From an uncultured bacterium (lineage in GTDB: Bacteria; Fidelibacterota; Marinisomatia; Marinisomatales; UBA1611): DNA of 64,000 nucleotides. The notes under the pieces were generated by a model. The model did not search any database. It saw only the letters and a program-made list of their open reading frames with translations, and was not told the DNA's origin. The translations under genes were made by a program, and so were the position numbers. Positions 20,993 through 31,059 of the stretch are shown one piece after another. How positions within the stretch are numbered: position 1 is the first letter of the stretch; each line of letters starts with the position of its first letter. The DNA lies in the NCBI GenBank assembly GCA_965660855.1, contig CBFIBM010000004.1, positions 44,698 to 108,697 on the forward strand, in the 5' to 3' direction.

Positions 20993-21028
20993 AGTTGTAT
21001 ATTACAATAATATTATAAAAAAACTACT

Positions 21029-22234
21029 TTAATTTTTTGGTAAATTTTTTAATATTTCTATATGAGAGCGAAAAAAATCCTTGGATCGAGATTCTCTATC
21101 TTTATTAACTAAATGTCCAATTATATTCCAATGATCCATAGATTCAATCTTAAGCCAATACCATTGACCTGAAATAAAAAGCTCTTCTCTCGAAAATTTA
21201 GAACTTGGGTCTGCACCGCTTTCTTTTGATTTAGGGGCAATCATTGATACAGAATTAACGACACCATCATTTTCATACCAGTCATTGTCTGTTTCTCTTC
21301 CATCAGACCAATAACCAACTCTAGAGCCTAGAATTTTAGATCTAGTTCTTGCAATGATTGATGTGCCTTTGACTGGTATATGAAAGTCAGATCCTTGTTT
21401 TTTTTCAGTTGTTGAAGTAACTATTGAAAAATAGTATATCTCTGGGGATATTTGTAAAATACTATTAAGCTCTTCTGCGCCTGAAAGACTTAAATCCCAA
21501 GAACTTATATTTTTTGTGTCCCAAGCTTTATGATTTCGCATTCTAAATAAATAATTTGACCAACTTTCATTTGACTTTCTTGCAAAACCCCATTGCTCAA
21601 GATCAAAATTATAAAAATTTGTCCCAACAACACCAGCAATACCCACGAAATATTGAACAAATGGAATAGTTTTAGTTACGATATGCGCTAGCGTTGTTCC
21701 ATTATGAGGCGTTGATAGAGCAGTTATACTTTTAATATGGCCATTTTTGGAAGATCCTAAAAGATTTGACTCCTCCCTTAATCTGGTTTTGGAATCAATG
21801 TAAAATTCTTGCTTTAACAGATAGTCTAACATTCTAGCCGTTTGCCCACCCATACTGTGCCCAATGATATGAATGGGATAATCTGAACTCCATTTAGGAT
21901 ATTTACCTTTATAAAATTTTCCTTTAGGTTTCTGAATTATATTAAATTTTTCAGAATGGAGCGCACCATAGTCAACTTGTCCACCTTTTAGTTGATAATA
22001 AAGTTCAATTGCGCGCTCCCAATTTGAAGATATCGGACCTACTGAAGCTTCAATTATATCGAAGCCTTTCTCCCTCATCATTTTTATATAATCATTCTTT
22101 CCACCCCAATAACTATACCCCCCCATTTCATCTTCACCCCAACCCATAAATCCATGAACCAATACTATAGGATAATTATTCATACTCTTTACTGGAGAAA
22201 ATAAAGCTAACGCAAATAAAAAATACACAATCAT
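21029..22234 (-). CDS. Secreted lipase resembling bacterial lipase subfamilies I.5/I.6
   Basis: Signal peptide, PIVLVHGFMGW, YWGG, VDYG, GHSMGG nucleophile elbow, TPHNGT, ENDGVV, DH. Confidence 0.9.
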   Translation of the reverse strand: MIVYFLFALALFSPVKSMNNYPIVLVHGFMGWGEDEMGGYSYWGGKNDYIKMMREKGFDIIEASVGPISSNWERAIELYYQLKGGQVDYGALHSEKFNIIQKPKGKFYKGKYPKWSSDYPIHIIGHSMGGQTARMLDYLLKQEFYIDSKTRLREESNLLGSSKNGHIKSITALSTPHNGTTLAHIVTKTIPFVQYFVGIAGVVGTNFYNFDLEQWGFARKSNESWSNYLFRMRNHKAWDTKNISSWDLSLSGAEELNSILQISPEIYYFSIVTSTTEKKQGSDFHIPVKGTSIIARTRSKILGSRVGYWSDGRETDNDWYENDGVVNSVSMIAPKSKESGADPSSKFSREELFISGQWYWLKIESMDHWNIIGHLVNKDRESRSKDFFRSHIEILKNLPKN

Positions 22235-23133
22235 CAGATAGGTATTTCTATTCCAAGTGAGTGAATAAGGAAACCATTATTATATATAAATGAACCATAA
22301 TTAATTACAACTTTATTGATAGTATATGAAAATCCAAAACCAGTGTCTCCCAAAATAGACTGTGCTAAACTCTGTTCTAAGTTCTGAGTTAATTTTCTTG
22401 TTGATGTACCAAAATTGATCTTTAATTTTTTATTGGCTGATAATCGTCCACCAATAAAAAATTCATCATTTTTTCTTTTACCTTTTTTAATATAATCTAT
22501 AAAAACCTCTACTGGTAAATAATTTAAATTTTTTGAAATACTAAAAACTAATTGAATTGAATTTTCTATGCCTGAATCATTATAGATATGATTTCCAATA
22601 TGATGAATAGAGTAGCCTAACTTTGTATTATTTTTGTCTAGCTTAAGAATAGAACCAAAAGAAATATCTACAAAATAATTATTAATTCCGTTTAGAGAAG
22701 ATCTGAATAATTGTGTGCCCAAACCATATTGAACTGGTAATTTTTTAAATGATTTTGAATACGAAACCCGTATTGAAAGATCTTGAGATATATACTTAGA
22801 TGTTTTTTCTGCTAACTCATTATACCCCTGAAATACTCCATATGTAATGTGAAATATAGATACGGAAGCACTTCCTTCTTTAAGTGGAATGCCTATACCA
22901 ATATTTTCGGATGTTATCTGTGCAGGGTACCTTATTAAAGATGTTGAAATTATTTTATTTTCATGGTTTATGCCTGGATTTAATTTTGTAGAAATAGATG
23001 ATCCAATTAAAAACCCTGAACCTCCTAAAGATAAATCAACGGATGATGTGAAAATATTAAAACCAGGATAAGTCGTTTTCCCATTTAAATTGGGAATCAT
23101 TATTAAAAGAAATAGAAAATATATGTAGCTCAT
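22234..23133 (-). CDS. PorV/PorQ(FadL-superfamily)-like outer membrane beta-barrel
   Basis: Signal peptide, SLGG...NP N-terminal plug pattern, YG-x-F-x-G-x-N, amphipathic strands; divergent. Confidence 0.6.
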   Translation of the reverse strand: MSYIYFLFLLIMIPNLNGKTTYPGFNIFTSSVDLSLGGSGFLIGSSISTKLNPGINHENKIISTSLIRYPAQITSENIGIGIPLKEGSASVSIFHITYGVFQGYNELAEKTSKYISQDLSIRVSYSKSFKKLPVQYGLGTQLFRSSLNGINNYFVDISFGSILKLDKNNTKLGYSIHHIGNHIYNDSGIENSIQLVFSISKNLNYLPVEVFIDYIKKGKRKNDEFFIGGRLSANKKLKINFGTSTRKLTQNLEQSLAQSILGDTGFGFSYTINKVVINYGSFIYNNGFLIHSLGIEIPI

Positions 23134-25367
23134 TATATTAAACTCAAAGGATCAAAATGAATATTTATACGATTTTGTTTTAATGGGTATTGTTTTTTAA
23201 AAGAACTTATGTTTTCATCTACAAATTTATGCAAAAGTTTTCCATTTTGGTCATTTGTTTTTAAAGACTTTAAAACGATTTGATACCTATATCTTTTTTT
23301 TACTTTTTCTAAAAAACAAGGAGCCGGTCCTAGTATCTCTAAACCTTCAAATTTATTATCGAGTTTTTTAACAATTTTGTTTGAAATTTTATTAACAGAA
23401 AATTCTTTGATACCAGTAATTTCAATTTTAACCAACCAACTATAAGGAGGGTAATTTAAATATTCTCTCTCTTTTAATTCATAATCATAATATTCAATTA
23501 CATCTAATTTAGAGGCCATAGAAATAATTGAGTTTTCTGGAACAAAACTTTGTATAACAACCTCTCCAGGCTTATTTTTACGGCCAGCTCGACCAGAAGC
23601 TTGGTAGATAAGTTGAAAAATTCTCTCCCCAGATCTAAAGTCCGGCAAATAGAGTCCTAGGTCTGAGTTTATTATACCGACTAAGGTAGTGTTAGGAAAG
23701 TCTAAGCCCTTTGCAATCATTTGAGTGCCTAGAAGTATATCTATTTCTCCCTTAGCAAAAGATTTTAGCACTGATGTTATTCCCTGTCCGCCGCGAGATG
23801 TATCATTATCAATTCTAGCTATAATTGCATCAGTAAAGATTTTATTAAGTAAAAATTCTACTTTTTGTGTACCTGTTCCTCTATACAATAAATTATTACT
23901 CTTACAAGAAGTGCACACTTTTTGTTCCAAGACCTCACTATACCCACAGTAATGACATAAAAGCTTGCTATTACTTTGATGATACGTTAAAGAAATACTA
24001 CATTGTTGACAATTTGAAACTTCTCCACAGTCTGCACAACTAATAATTGGTGAATATCCTCTTCTGTTATGAAGAAGAATAATCTGTTCTTTTTTTTGTA
24101 ACCTATTTTCAATTTTATCTTGAAGGAGACCTGAAATAATTTGGTCAAATTTTCCCGTTTCCTTTTGCTCTTTTATCATATCAACTAAATGAACATTTGG
24201 GTATTTTGCGCCACCAAACCTCTTAGTCAGCTGAAGATATTCAACTTTTCCTTTCTTGTAATTGTAATAAGTTTCTAGACTAGGAGTAGCACTTGAAAGA
24301 ATTATAACAGCTTTTTCATATGTACCTCTAACAAGAGAAACGTCTCGAGCATGATACCTTGGTTCGGGAGAGTCTTGACGAAAAGAGCTTTCTTGCTCTT
24401 CATCTACAACTATTAAACCTAAATTTTTCAAAGGAGAAAAAACAGCACTTCTTGCTCCTATAACAACTTTAAAATTACCCCTGCAAATCTGATTCCAAGT
24501 CCACGATCTCTGAGACATCGTTAGTTTTGAATGCCATAATGCAATTTCATCTCCAAACACCGCTCTAAATCGACCTGCTATCTGAGGTGTCAATGAAATT
24601 TCAGGGAGTAGTATAATTGCAGTTTTACCATTTAATAAACAATTTTTAACAGCCTCAATATAAATTTCAGTTTTCCCACTTCCTGTAACACCGTGGAGCA
24701 AAAATGATTTAAACTTATTTTCATTAATAGACTTAATAAGCTTTTTCATAGCAAAATCTTGCTCATAATTAAATACAACTTTTTTATGAATTGGGTCAAA
24801 AGTGAAACCAGTAGAATCCGGAAGCAATACTTTTTCAGTTAGCTTGACTAAATTACTCTTTTCAAGCGACCTACATACTTGTAATGGTGAACTACAATAT
24901 TCTTTTAACCCCGATACTTTGGTTGATTGACCCTCTATTAAATAATTTAATATCAAATATTGTTTTGGAGCTCGCTTTAGTATATTTTTGATATTATTTT
25001 TATCTTTAATAGGCTTCTTTGTCACATACCATGCTGTTGCAGGTATATATTTTGTAGATAAAGATTTTGGAAACACTGTTTTTGCAACTTGTCCAATTGG
25101 AGTCAAATAATAAGAACTGATCCAGTTTATTAATTTCCATATTTCAGGTGTTATTATTGATATATCATCTACAATACTAATTATATTTTTAACTTTTCCT
25201 TTAAAAGAAACCTTCTTCTCAAACTCAACAACTATACCTTTTACTAATCTACTACCAAAGGGAGCTTCAACTCGTGTCCCAAGTTTTAATTTGTCAATTA
25301 ATTCATTTGGTATTCTGTAGCTGAAGGTTTTATAATTTGAAATTGGGAATGCTATTTTAGCGTACAT
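23133..25367 (-). CDS. priA: Primosomal protein N' (replication restart helicase)
   Basis: GVTGSGKTE, PEISLTPQ, four CxxC pairs, GTQMIAKGLDF, GRAGR. Confidence 0.97.
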   Translation of the reverse strand: MYAKIAFPISNYKTFSYRIPNELIDKLKLGTRVEAPFGSRLVKGIVVEFEKKVSFKGKVKNIISIVDDISIITPEIWKLINWISSYYLTPIGQVAKTVFPKSLSTKYIPATAWYVTKKPIKDKNNIKNILKRAPKQYLILNYLIEGQSTKVSGLKEYCSSPLQVCRSLEKSNLVKLTEKVLLPDSTGFTFDPIHKKVVFNYEQDFAMKKLIKSINENKFKSFLLHGVTGSGKTEIYIEAVKNCLLNGKTAIILLPEISLTPQIAGRFRAVFGDEIALWHSKLTMSQRSWTWNQICRGNFKVVIGARSAVFSPLKNLGLIVVDEEQESSFRQDSPEPRYHARDVSLVRGTYEKAVIILSSATPSLETYYNYKKGKVEYLQLTKRFGGAKYPNVHLVDMIKEQKETGKFDQIISGLLQDKIENRLQKKEQIILLHNRRGYSPIISCADCGEVSNCQQCSISLTYHQSNSKLLCHYCGYSEVLEQKVCTSCKSNNLLYRGTGTQKVEFLLNKIFTDAIIARIDNDTSRGGQGITSVLKSFAKGEIDILLGTQMIAKGLDFPNTTLVGIINSDLGLYLPDFRSGERIFQLIYQASGRAGRKNKPGEVVIQSFVPENSIISMASKLDVIEYYDYELKEREYLNYPPYSWLVKIEITGIKEFSVNKISNKIVKKLDNKFEGLEILGPAPCFLEKVKKRYRYQIVLKSLKTNDQNGKLLHKFVDENISSFKKQYPLKQNRINIHFDPLSLI

Positions 25368-25403
25368 TTAATATAATTTTTTTTATTGTTTACATATTAT
25401 ACA

Positions 25404-25444
25404 AAAAAACCCCTGAGCTTGCAATTTTGAACCAGGGGTTTTTT
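25404..25444. terminator. Intrinsic terminator downstream of rplI, potentially bidirectional
   Basis: Inverted repeat AAAAAACCCCTG...CAGGGGTTTTTT flanked by A and T runs. Confidence 0.8.
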
Positions 25445-25458
25445 AGTTTTATTTAAAA

Positions 25459-25902
25459 TTATGACTTAATTACATACACTTTTACATCTCCACTTAATTC
25501 AGATGTAACTCTGACTGGTACATGATAAATACCCAAAGATTTTATAGGTTCTTCAAGTAATATAGAACTTCGTTCTACTGTAATCCTCTTATCTTCAAGT
25601 GCTTTTTGGATATCTATAGTAGTTACAGAGCCAAACATTTTATCTTCTTCACCAACCTGAGCTTCAATTGTAATTTCAATTTTTGAAAGCTTTTTTACAA
25701 TTTTTTCATGCGCAGCAACTTCCCTAGTCAAACGATTTCTCTCTGCAAGTTTTTTCTCTTTTGATAATGCTAAATTCTTATTCGAAGCTCTAAGACCAAT
25801 CCCTTCAGGAATTAATTTATTCCTTGCAAAACCAGGCTTTACATTTACAATATCTCCAGCAGTACCAAGACCTTCATGATTTTTTAATAATATTATTTCC
25901 AT
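25459..25902 (-). CDS. rplI: 50S ribosomal protein L9
   Basis: VKPGFARNKLIP, KMFGSVT, IKSLG. Confidence 0.97.
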   Translation of the reverse strand: MEIILLKNHEGLGTAGDIVNVKPGFARNKLIPEGIGLRASNKNLALSKEKKLAERNRLTREVAAHEKIVKKLSKIEITIEAQVGEEDKMFGSVTTIDIQKALEDKRITVERSSILLEEPIKSLGIYHVPVRVTSELSGDVKVYVIKS

Positions 25903-25911
25903 TATAACCTC

Positions 25912-26139
25912 CTAGTCAATTCCTCTTTCGACATATGGCATTAAAGCAATAGAACGAGAACGCTTTATTGCCTTGATTAATTTACGGTGCATTTTAGCGC
26001 TTGTTCCAGTAATTCTCCTAGGCATTATTTTACCTTGATCATTGACAAACCTTCTTAACAATTTTACATCTTTATAGTCAATTTCATGTATACCATTTTC
26101 CTTGAAATAACAAAATTTATTTCTATTTTGAAAAGCCAT
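25912..26139 (-). CDS. rpsR: 30S ribosomal protein S18
   Basis: [27 protein letters not shown]. Confidence 0.97.
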   Translation of the reverse strand: MAFQNRNKFCYFKENGIHEIDYKDVKLLRRFVNDQGKIMPRRITGTSAKMHRKLIKAIKRSRSIALMPYVERGID

Positions 26140-26588
26140 TACTTTTCCTCCTCTAGTTTTTCAACCGTATCTTTATCTTTCTCTTTTTCAGGGACCTTTT
26201 CTACTTTATCTGCTTGAGATAAAGACTCTTCATTTTCAACAGAATTATCTTTCACTGAAGCTTCTTCTTTCTTTTCTTCTTCCGTGTAAAGCTCTGGCTT
26301 ATCATCTAAAAGAACTGTCATATGTCTAATTACAGAATTATTCAATTTCATCCATGTTGAGAACTCAATCATTTTGCTTTGATTACCTACTTGAAAATGA
26401 ATGAGAACATAAGTGCCATATTTTTGGTTTTCTATTTGGTAAGCAAGCCTTTTCTTTCCCCATACTCTATGGTTTATTATTTTTGATTCTGTTTTTAATA
26501 ATTCCTTAGAAATTTCATCCATTATTTTATCTAGGACGTTATTGTCTAGGTTAGGATCAACAATATATATAGTTTCATAATACCGCAT
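26139..26588 (-). CDS. rpsF: 30S ribosomal protein S6 with acidic tail
   Basis: [22 protein letters not shown]. Confidence 0.97.
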   Translation of the reverse strand: MRYYETIYIVDPNLDNNVLDKIMDEISKELLKTESKIINHRVWGKKRLAYQIENQKYGTYVLIHFQVGNQSKMIEFSTWMKLNNSVIRHMTVLLDDKPELYTEEEKKEEASVKDNSVENEESLSQADKVEKVPEKEKDKDTVEKLEEEK

Positions 26589-26604
26589 GATAACTCCTCT
26601 AATT

Positions 26605-28752
26605 TTAGCCGACTAGCAGCGGTGCAATGACCAGTGAAACCACTGACATTAGTTTAATTAAAATATTCAATGAAGGGCCTGAAGTGTCTTTAAACGGATC
26701 TCCAACAGTATCTCCCACAACCGCCGCTTTATGAGCTTCTGAGCCTTTAGTAATTTTTTCTCCGTTAATTTCAAGACCTTCCTCTATCATCTTTTTAGCA
26801 TTATCCCACGCTCCTCCAGAATTAGACTGAAAAATTGCCATTAATACCCCACATACAGTAACACCCGCTAGAAGCCCGCCTAATGTTTCAGGTCCAAATA
26901 CAAAACCAACCAAAACCGGCGAAGTAACGGCTAAAACACCAGGTGCAACCATTTCTTTGATTGCTGATTGAGTTGAAATCTCTACGCATCGCCCGTGCTC
27001 AGCCTTGCTCAATGCGTCTTCATAAAGAGCCTTATCAGCATCGCTCCAACTATCTTCCTCTTTTAAGTTCATTAACTCAAGAGCCTTTTTCAATTCTGGA
27101 ATCTCTCTAAATTGACGCCTTACTTCCTCGATCATAGCCATTGCCGCTCTACCGACTGCACTCATTGCCATTGAAGAGAATAAAAAAGGTAGCATACCAC
27201 CAACGAAAAGACCGGCCATTACGTTGGGTTCTGAAATATCAATTGTAGTTATACCAGTTTGAACCATAAATGCTGCAAATAGAGCTAATGCAGTTAATGC
27301 GGCAGACCCAATAGCAAACCCTTTTCCTATTGCAGCAGTTGTATTGCCAACAGCATCTAATTTATCGGTTCTTTCTCGAACTTCTTTTGGAAGTCCTGCC
27401 ATCTCTGCAATTCCACCTGCATTATCAGATATTGGTCCATATGCATCAACCGCTAATTGAATCCCGGTATTAGCCAACATTCCTAAGGCAGCCATAGCAA
27501 TTCCATAAAGACCTGCAAAATGATGGGCACTATAAATTGCTGATGCAATTATTAAAACTGGAATAGCAGTTGATTGCATACCTACAGATAGCCCAGCTAT
27601 AATATTGGTGGCTGGACCAGTTAAAGACTGTTCTGTTATCGATTTCACAGGACTTGTTCCAGTTCCCGTATAATGCTCTGTAATTAACCCAATCCCCAAG
27701 CCAGAAGCTAATCCTATTATAGTAGCATAAAAAACTCCCATTTTTGAGTAAACTTGTCCTTGTTGCATAAACTCTGAAGGTAAAAAAACATTTATTAAAT
27801 ATAAAATTCCAGCAATCATAATAAGCGCGCTTCCGAATTCACCTTTATTTAATGCTTTTTGAGGATCTCCACCATCTCTAACAGAGACCATAAAAGTTCC
27901 TATTATTGATACTATTATTCCTAAACCCGCAATAAAAAGAGGTAAAACAATAAAATTTATATCAAAAGATCCCGCTACTAAAATACTTGAACCAAGAACC
28001 ATTGCTCCAATAATCGAACCAACATATGATTCGAACAAATCTGCACCCATACCAGCAACATCTCCAACATTATCACCAACATTATCTGCAATTGTCGCTG
28101 GGTTAAGCGGATGATCTTCAGGAATTCCAGCTTCAACTTTTCCCACTAAGTCCGCTCCAACATCAGCAGCTTTTGTATAAATGCCTCCTCCAACTCTAGC
28201 GAAGAGAGCTATAGAAGATGCTCCAAGAGAAAAACCTGAGATTACATTTAGAACTGTTTTCATGCTATTCTGATCTTCACCATACATATCAGTATAGAGA
28301 ATAAAAAGACCTGTTAATCCTAGGACACCAAGTCCAACTACACACAACCCCATTACTGAACCCCCGCTGAAGGCAACATTTAAAGCTTTGGAAAGGCTTT
28401 CTCGCGCAGCATTAGTAGTTCTATTGTTTGCTTTGGTAGCGACTCGCATGCCTAAATAACCTGCAAAGCCTGAAGCGATAGCACCAACAATAAATGAAAA
28501 AGAAATTAATGCACTTGAAAATTCTCTTCCAGCGTTAGCAAAGCCAAGAAATATAGAAATCAAAATAACAAATAATGCTAGGACCCTATATTCTGCTTTT
28601 AAAAAAGACATAGCACCCTCAGAAATGCTAGCACCAATGGCTTTCATTTTAGAGGTTCCCTCATCTTGTAAATCTATCCAGCTTGATTTCCAGAAAGCAT
28701 AAACCATAGCTATTAGCCCTGCTCCTAGTACAAGTGTTAAACTATATTCCAT
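26605..28752 (-). CDS. hppA: Membrane-integral pyrophosphatase, K+-dependent, probably Na+-pumping
   Basis: [32 protein letters not shown] (Ala = K+-dependent), [15 protein letters not shown]. Start placed at the second ATG (28752) on RBS spacing; the ORF track starts at 28761. Confidence 0.95.
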   Translation of the reverse strand: MEYSLTLVLGAGLIAMVYAFWKSSWIDLQDEGTSKMKAIGASISEGAMSFLKAEYRVLALFVILISIFLGFANAGREFSSALISFSFIVGAIASGFAGYLGMRVATKANNRTTNAARESLSKALNVAFSGGSVMGLCVVGLGVLGLTGLFILYTDMYGEDQNSMKTVLNVISGFSLGASSIALFARVGGGIYTKAADVGADLVGKVEAGIPEDHPLNPATIADNVGDNVGDVAGMGADLFESYVGSIIGAMVLGSSILVAGSFDINFIVLPLFIAGLGIIVSIIGTFMVSVRDGGDPQKALNKGEFGSALIMIAGILYLINVFLPSEFMQQGQVYSKMGVFYATIIGLASGLGIGLITEHYTGTGTSPVKSITEQSLTGPATNIIAGLSVGMQSTAIPVLIIASAIYSAHHFAGLYGIAMAALGMLANTGIQLAVDAYGPISDNAGGIAEMAGLPKEVRERTDKLDAVGNTTAAIGKGFAIGSAALTALALFAAFMVQTGITTIDISEPNVMAGLFVGGMLPFLFSSMAMSAVGRAAMAMIEEVRRQFREIPELKKALELMNLKEEDSWSDADKALYEDALSKAEHGRCVEISTQSAIKEMVAPGVLAVTSPVLVGFVFGPETLGGLLAGVTVCGVLMAIFQSNSGGAWDNAKKMIEEGLEINGEKITKGSEAHKAAVVGDTVGDPFKDTSGPSLNILIKLMSVVSLVIAPLLVG

Positions 28753-28770
28753 TTCCCACATTCTCCTTCA

Positions 28771-29325
28771 TTACGAATTAAATTTATTCATAGAATAATT
28801 AAGCCCTTTTATTAGAATTGAATCTAAAATATCTGCTCCACTATTTATCATCCTATTTACTTCTGATTTTTTATCGGTTTTAAATGGTTTCAATACATAT
28901 TTTTCTGCTGGTCTCATATCCTCTTCTGTACCAATTCCAAGGCGAATTCTTGGAAAACAATTTGTCTTTAAATGATATATAATATTCTCCATCCCTCTAT
29001 GGCATCCGTCTCCGCCTTTTGGTTTTAACCGAATTTTCCCTAGAGGAAGATCAACATCATCTACAACAACATATATTTCATTGGGAAGTAAATTCCATAT
29101 TTTTGAAACCTCTTTTACAACAGAACCACTTAAATTCATTCCACTTAATGGTTTAATCAGCAGAGCTTCACGCCTTTTATGCTTTGCTATTATATAATCC
29201 CCTTTACCTGGTTCAAATGTCAAATTGTGCCGCTTTGCCCATTCAGTTATTACCCAAAACCCTGCATTATGTTTCGTGTTTGAATATTTTTCACCAGGAT
29301 TTCCAAGCCCTACAAACGCAACCAC
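28771..29325 (-). CDS. pth: Peptidyl-tRNA hydrolase
   Basis: VGLGNPG, TKHNAGF, MNLSG, RIRLGIG. Confidence 0.95.
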   Translation of the reverse strand: MVAFVGLGNPGEKYSNTKHNAGFWVITEWAKRHNLTFEPGKGDYIIAKHKRREALLIKPLSGMNLSGSVVKEVSKIWNLLPNEIYVVVDDVDLPLGKIRLKPKGGDGCHRGMENIIYHLKTNCFPRIRLGIGTEEDMRPAEKYVLKPFKTDKKSEVNRMINSGADILDSILIKGLNYSMNKFNS

Positions 29326-29326
29326 T

Positions 29327-29983
29327 TTACTCTACACCACCTTCAGAGTCATCCCCCTCTTTAGTTTCATTAGGAGTTTCTTCAGATGTATCCGCTGTTT
29401 CAGAATCTTCTTCTTCAATCTCATCTTCTTGAACAATTTGAGAAACCGTTACAATATTTACTTCTTTATCTGTAATTATTTCTATATCCTCATTTTCAAG
29501 CTTAATATCAGAAACATTCATAGAAGAACTGAGCCCTAACTCCTCAACATTTAACTCAACCTGCTCTGGGACATCAGTGGGGAAACAACTAATTTCCAAC
29601 TGATTTATTGACTGAGAAAGAAGTCCACCTTCTTTTACTCCCTTTGCGTCTCCTACCAGAATTAGTGGAACAACTATAGTCAATTTTTCCGATCTTCTTA
29701 CACGCATTAAATCAACATGAATGACCTCATCCAAGACTGGATGGTATTGTACCTCTTTTATCATTGTATACTGGCTTTCGCCTCCTTGATTTATTTCAAA
29801 AATTCTCTGACCAGATTGCATTGCGTGAAATAACGTAGATTTATTGATCTCAATATTGACATTATCCTCTCCAGCATAGTACAATATGCCAGGAATTACA
29901 CCTTTCTTTCTTAAGGCTTTTGAACCTTTTTTCTTAAGATCTACTCGATCTGATATCTCTAGTTTATAGTAAGATGATGGCAT
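29327..29983 (-). CDS. rplY: 50S ribosomal protein L25/Ctc (long form)
   Basis: LRKKG.IPGILY, KEVQYHPV, HVDL; located between prs and pth. Confidence 0.95.
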   Translation of the reverse strand: MPSSYYKLEISDRVDLKKKGSKALRKKGVIPGILYYAGEDNVNIEINKSTLFHAMQSGQRIFEINQGGESQYTMIKEVQYHPVLDEVIHVDLMRVRRSEKLTIVVPLILVGDAKGVKEGGLLSQSINQLEISCFPTDVPEQVELNVEELGLSSSMNVSDIKLENEDIEIITDKEVNIVTVSQIVQEDEIEEEDSETADTSEETPNETKEGDDSEGGVE

Positions 29984-29997
29984 TTTTTAACTCCTTA

Positions 29998-30945
29998 TTA
30001 AAATTCAAACAGAGCACTAACAGATTCTCCATTATGAACTCTACTAACTGCTTCTGCAAATACTTTACTTACGGATACAACCTTCATTTTCTCAAACTTT
30101 TTATTATTTGGTATAAATATTGTATCTGTGATTATAATTTTATTTATTGGGGAATCTTTTAATCTTTCAATTGCTGGTCCGGATAAAACTCCGTGTGTTG
30201 CAATTGCGGTTACTGATTTCGCACCTTTTTTTAATGCTGCTTTAGCAGCATTTACTGTTGTGCCAGCTGTATCAATCATATCATCAATGATTAAAACATC
30301 TAGCCCCTCTAAATCACCAATCAGGTGACTAACTTCTGCTTTATTTGGCGCATATCTTCTTTTGTCAATTAAAGCAAAATGCATTCCAAGGTTTTTAGCA
30401 TATCCTTGACTCATTTTTGCTGAGCCAACATCTGGAGCTAGAACAACTGAGTTTTTAGGTTTAAAATTCTCTGCAGATATAGAATCTAGAATGATACTCC
30501 TACTGTATAAATTATCAAATGGAATTTTTGCAAAACCCTGTATTTGAGTTGAATGCAAATCCATTGTTATAATCCTATCAGCACCCATCGCAGTGAATAT
30601 ATCAATCATTACTCTTGAAGAAATTGGAACTCGAGGTTGATCTTTACGGTCTTGTCTCCCGTACCCAAAATAAGGCACTACTACAGTTACAGTATCTGCT
30701 GAAGCTCTTACTGCAGCATCGATCATCAGGGCTAACTCGATTATATTCTCAGACGGACCATTAGTAGATTGGATTATAAAAACATCATGCCCTCTTATGT
30801 TTTCTTCGTATTTAATCCATAACTCGCCATCAGAAAAAGTTTGAATAGAAACTTTGCCTAGTTCTTGACCTAGACAAGAAGATACTTTCTCTGCTAAGGG
30901 AAGATTACTCCGACCGCTAAATATTTTTAATTTATTTTTATTCAT
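29998..30945 (-). CDS. prs: Ribose-phosphate pyrophosphokinase
   Basis: FSDGE, YGRQDRK, DLHSTQIQGF, DDMIDTAGT. Confidence 0.97.
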   Translation of the reverse strand: MNKNKLKIFSGRSNLPLAEKVSSCLGQELGKVSIQTFSDGELWIKYEENIRGHDVFIIQSTNGPSENIIELALMIDAAVRASADTVTVVVPYFGYGRQDRKDQPRVPISSRVMIDIFTAMGADRIITMDLHSTQIQGFAKIPFDNLYSRSIILDSISAENFKPKNSVVLAPDVGSAKMSQGYAKNLGMHFALIDKRRYAPNKAEVSHLIGDLEGLDVLIIDDMIDTAGTTVNAAKAALKKGAKSVTAIATHGVLSGPAIERLKDSPINKIIITDTIFIPNNKKFEKMKVVSVSKVFAEAVSRVHNGESVSALFEF

Positions 30946-30964
30946 TAATACCGTTTAATTAATG

Positions 30965-31035
30965 CTGGGGCGAAGAGAGTCGAACTCCTACTGCCTGGAC
31001 CAAAACCAGGTGTACTACCATTATACTACGCCCCA
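30965..31035 (-). tRNA. tRNA-Gln(UUG), CCA not encoded
   Basis: Minus strand reads TGGGGCG-TA-GTATAATGGTAGTAC-A-CCTGG-TTTTGGT-CCAGG-CAGT-AGGAG-TTCGACT-CTCTT-CGCCCCA-G; it folds into a cloverleaf and sits in the classic ispE-tRNAGln-prs synteny. Confidence 0.95.
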
Positions 31036-31059
31036 ATTAAGTTATGTACTCATTCCACA

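Noticed and set aside
25912..26139. Zn-free S18 as a zinc-starvation paralogue
   Set aside because: It lies in the main rpsF-rpsR-rplI operon, and Cys-poor S18 is the primary form in many bacteria.
30965..31035. tRNA as an integration site; missing CCA as a novelty
   Set aside because: No integrase or duplicated 3' end, flanking synteny is intact, and CCA-less tRNA genes are common.
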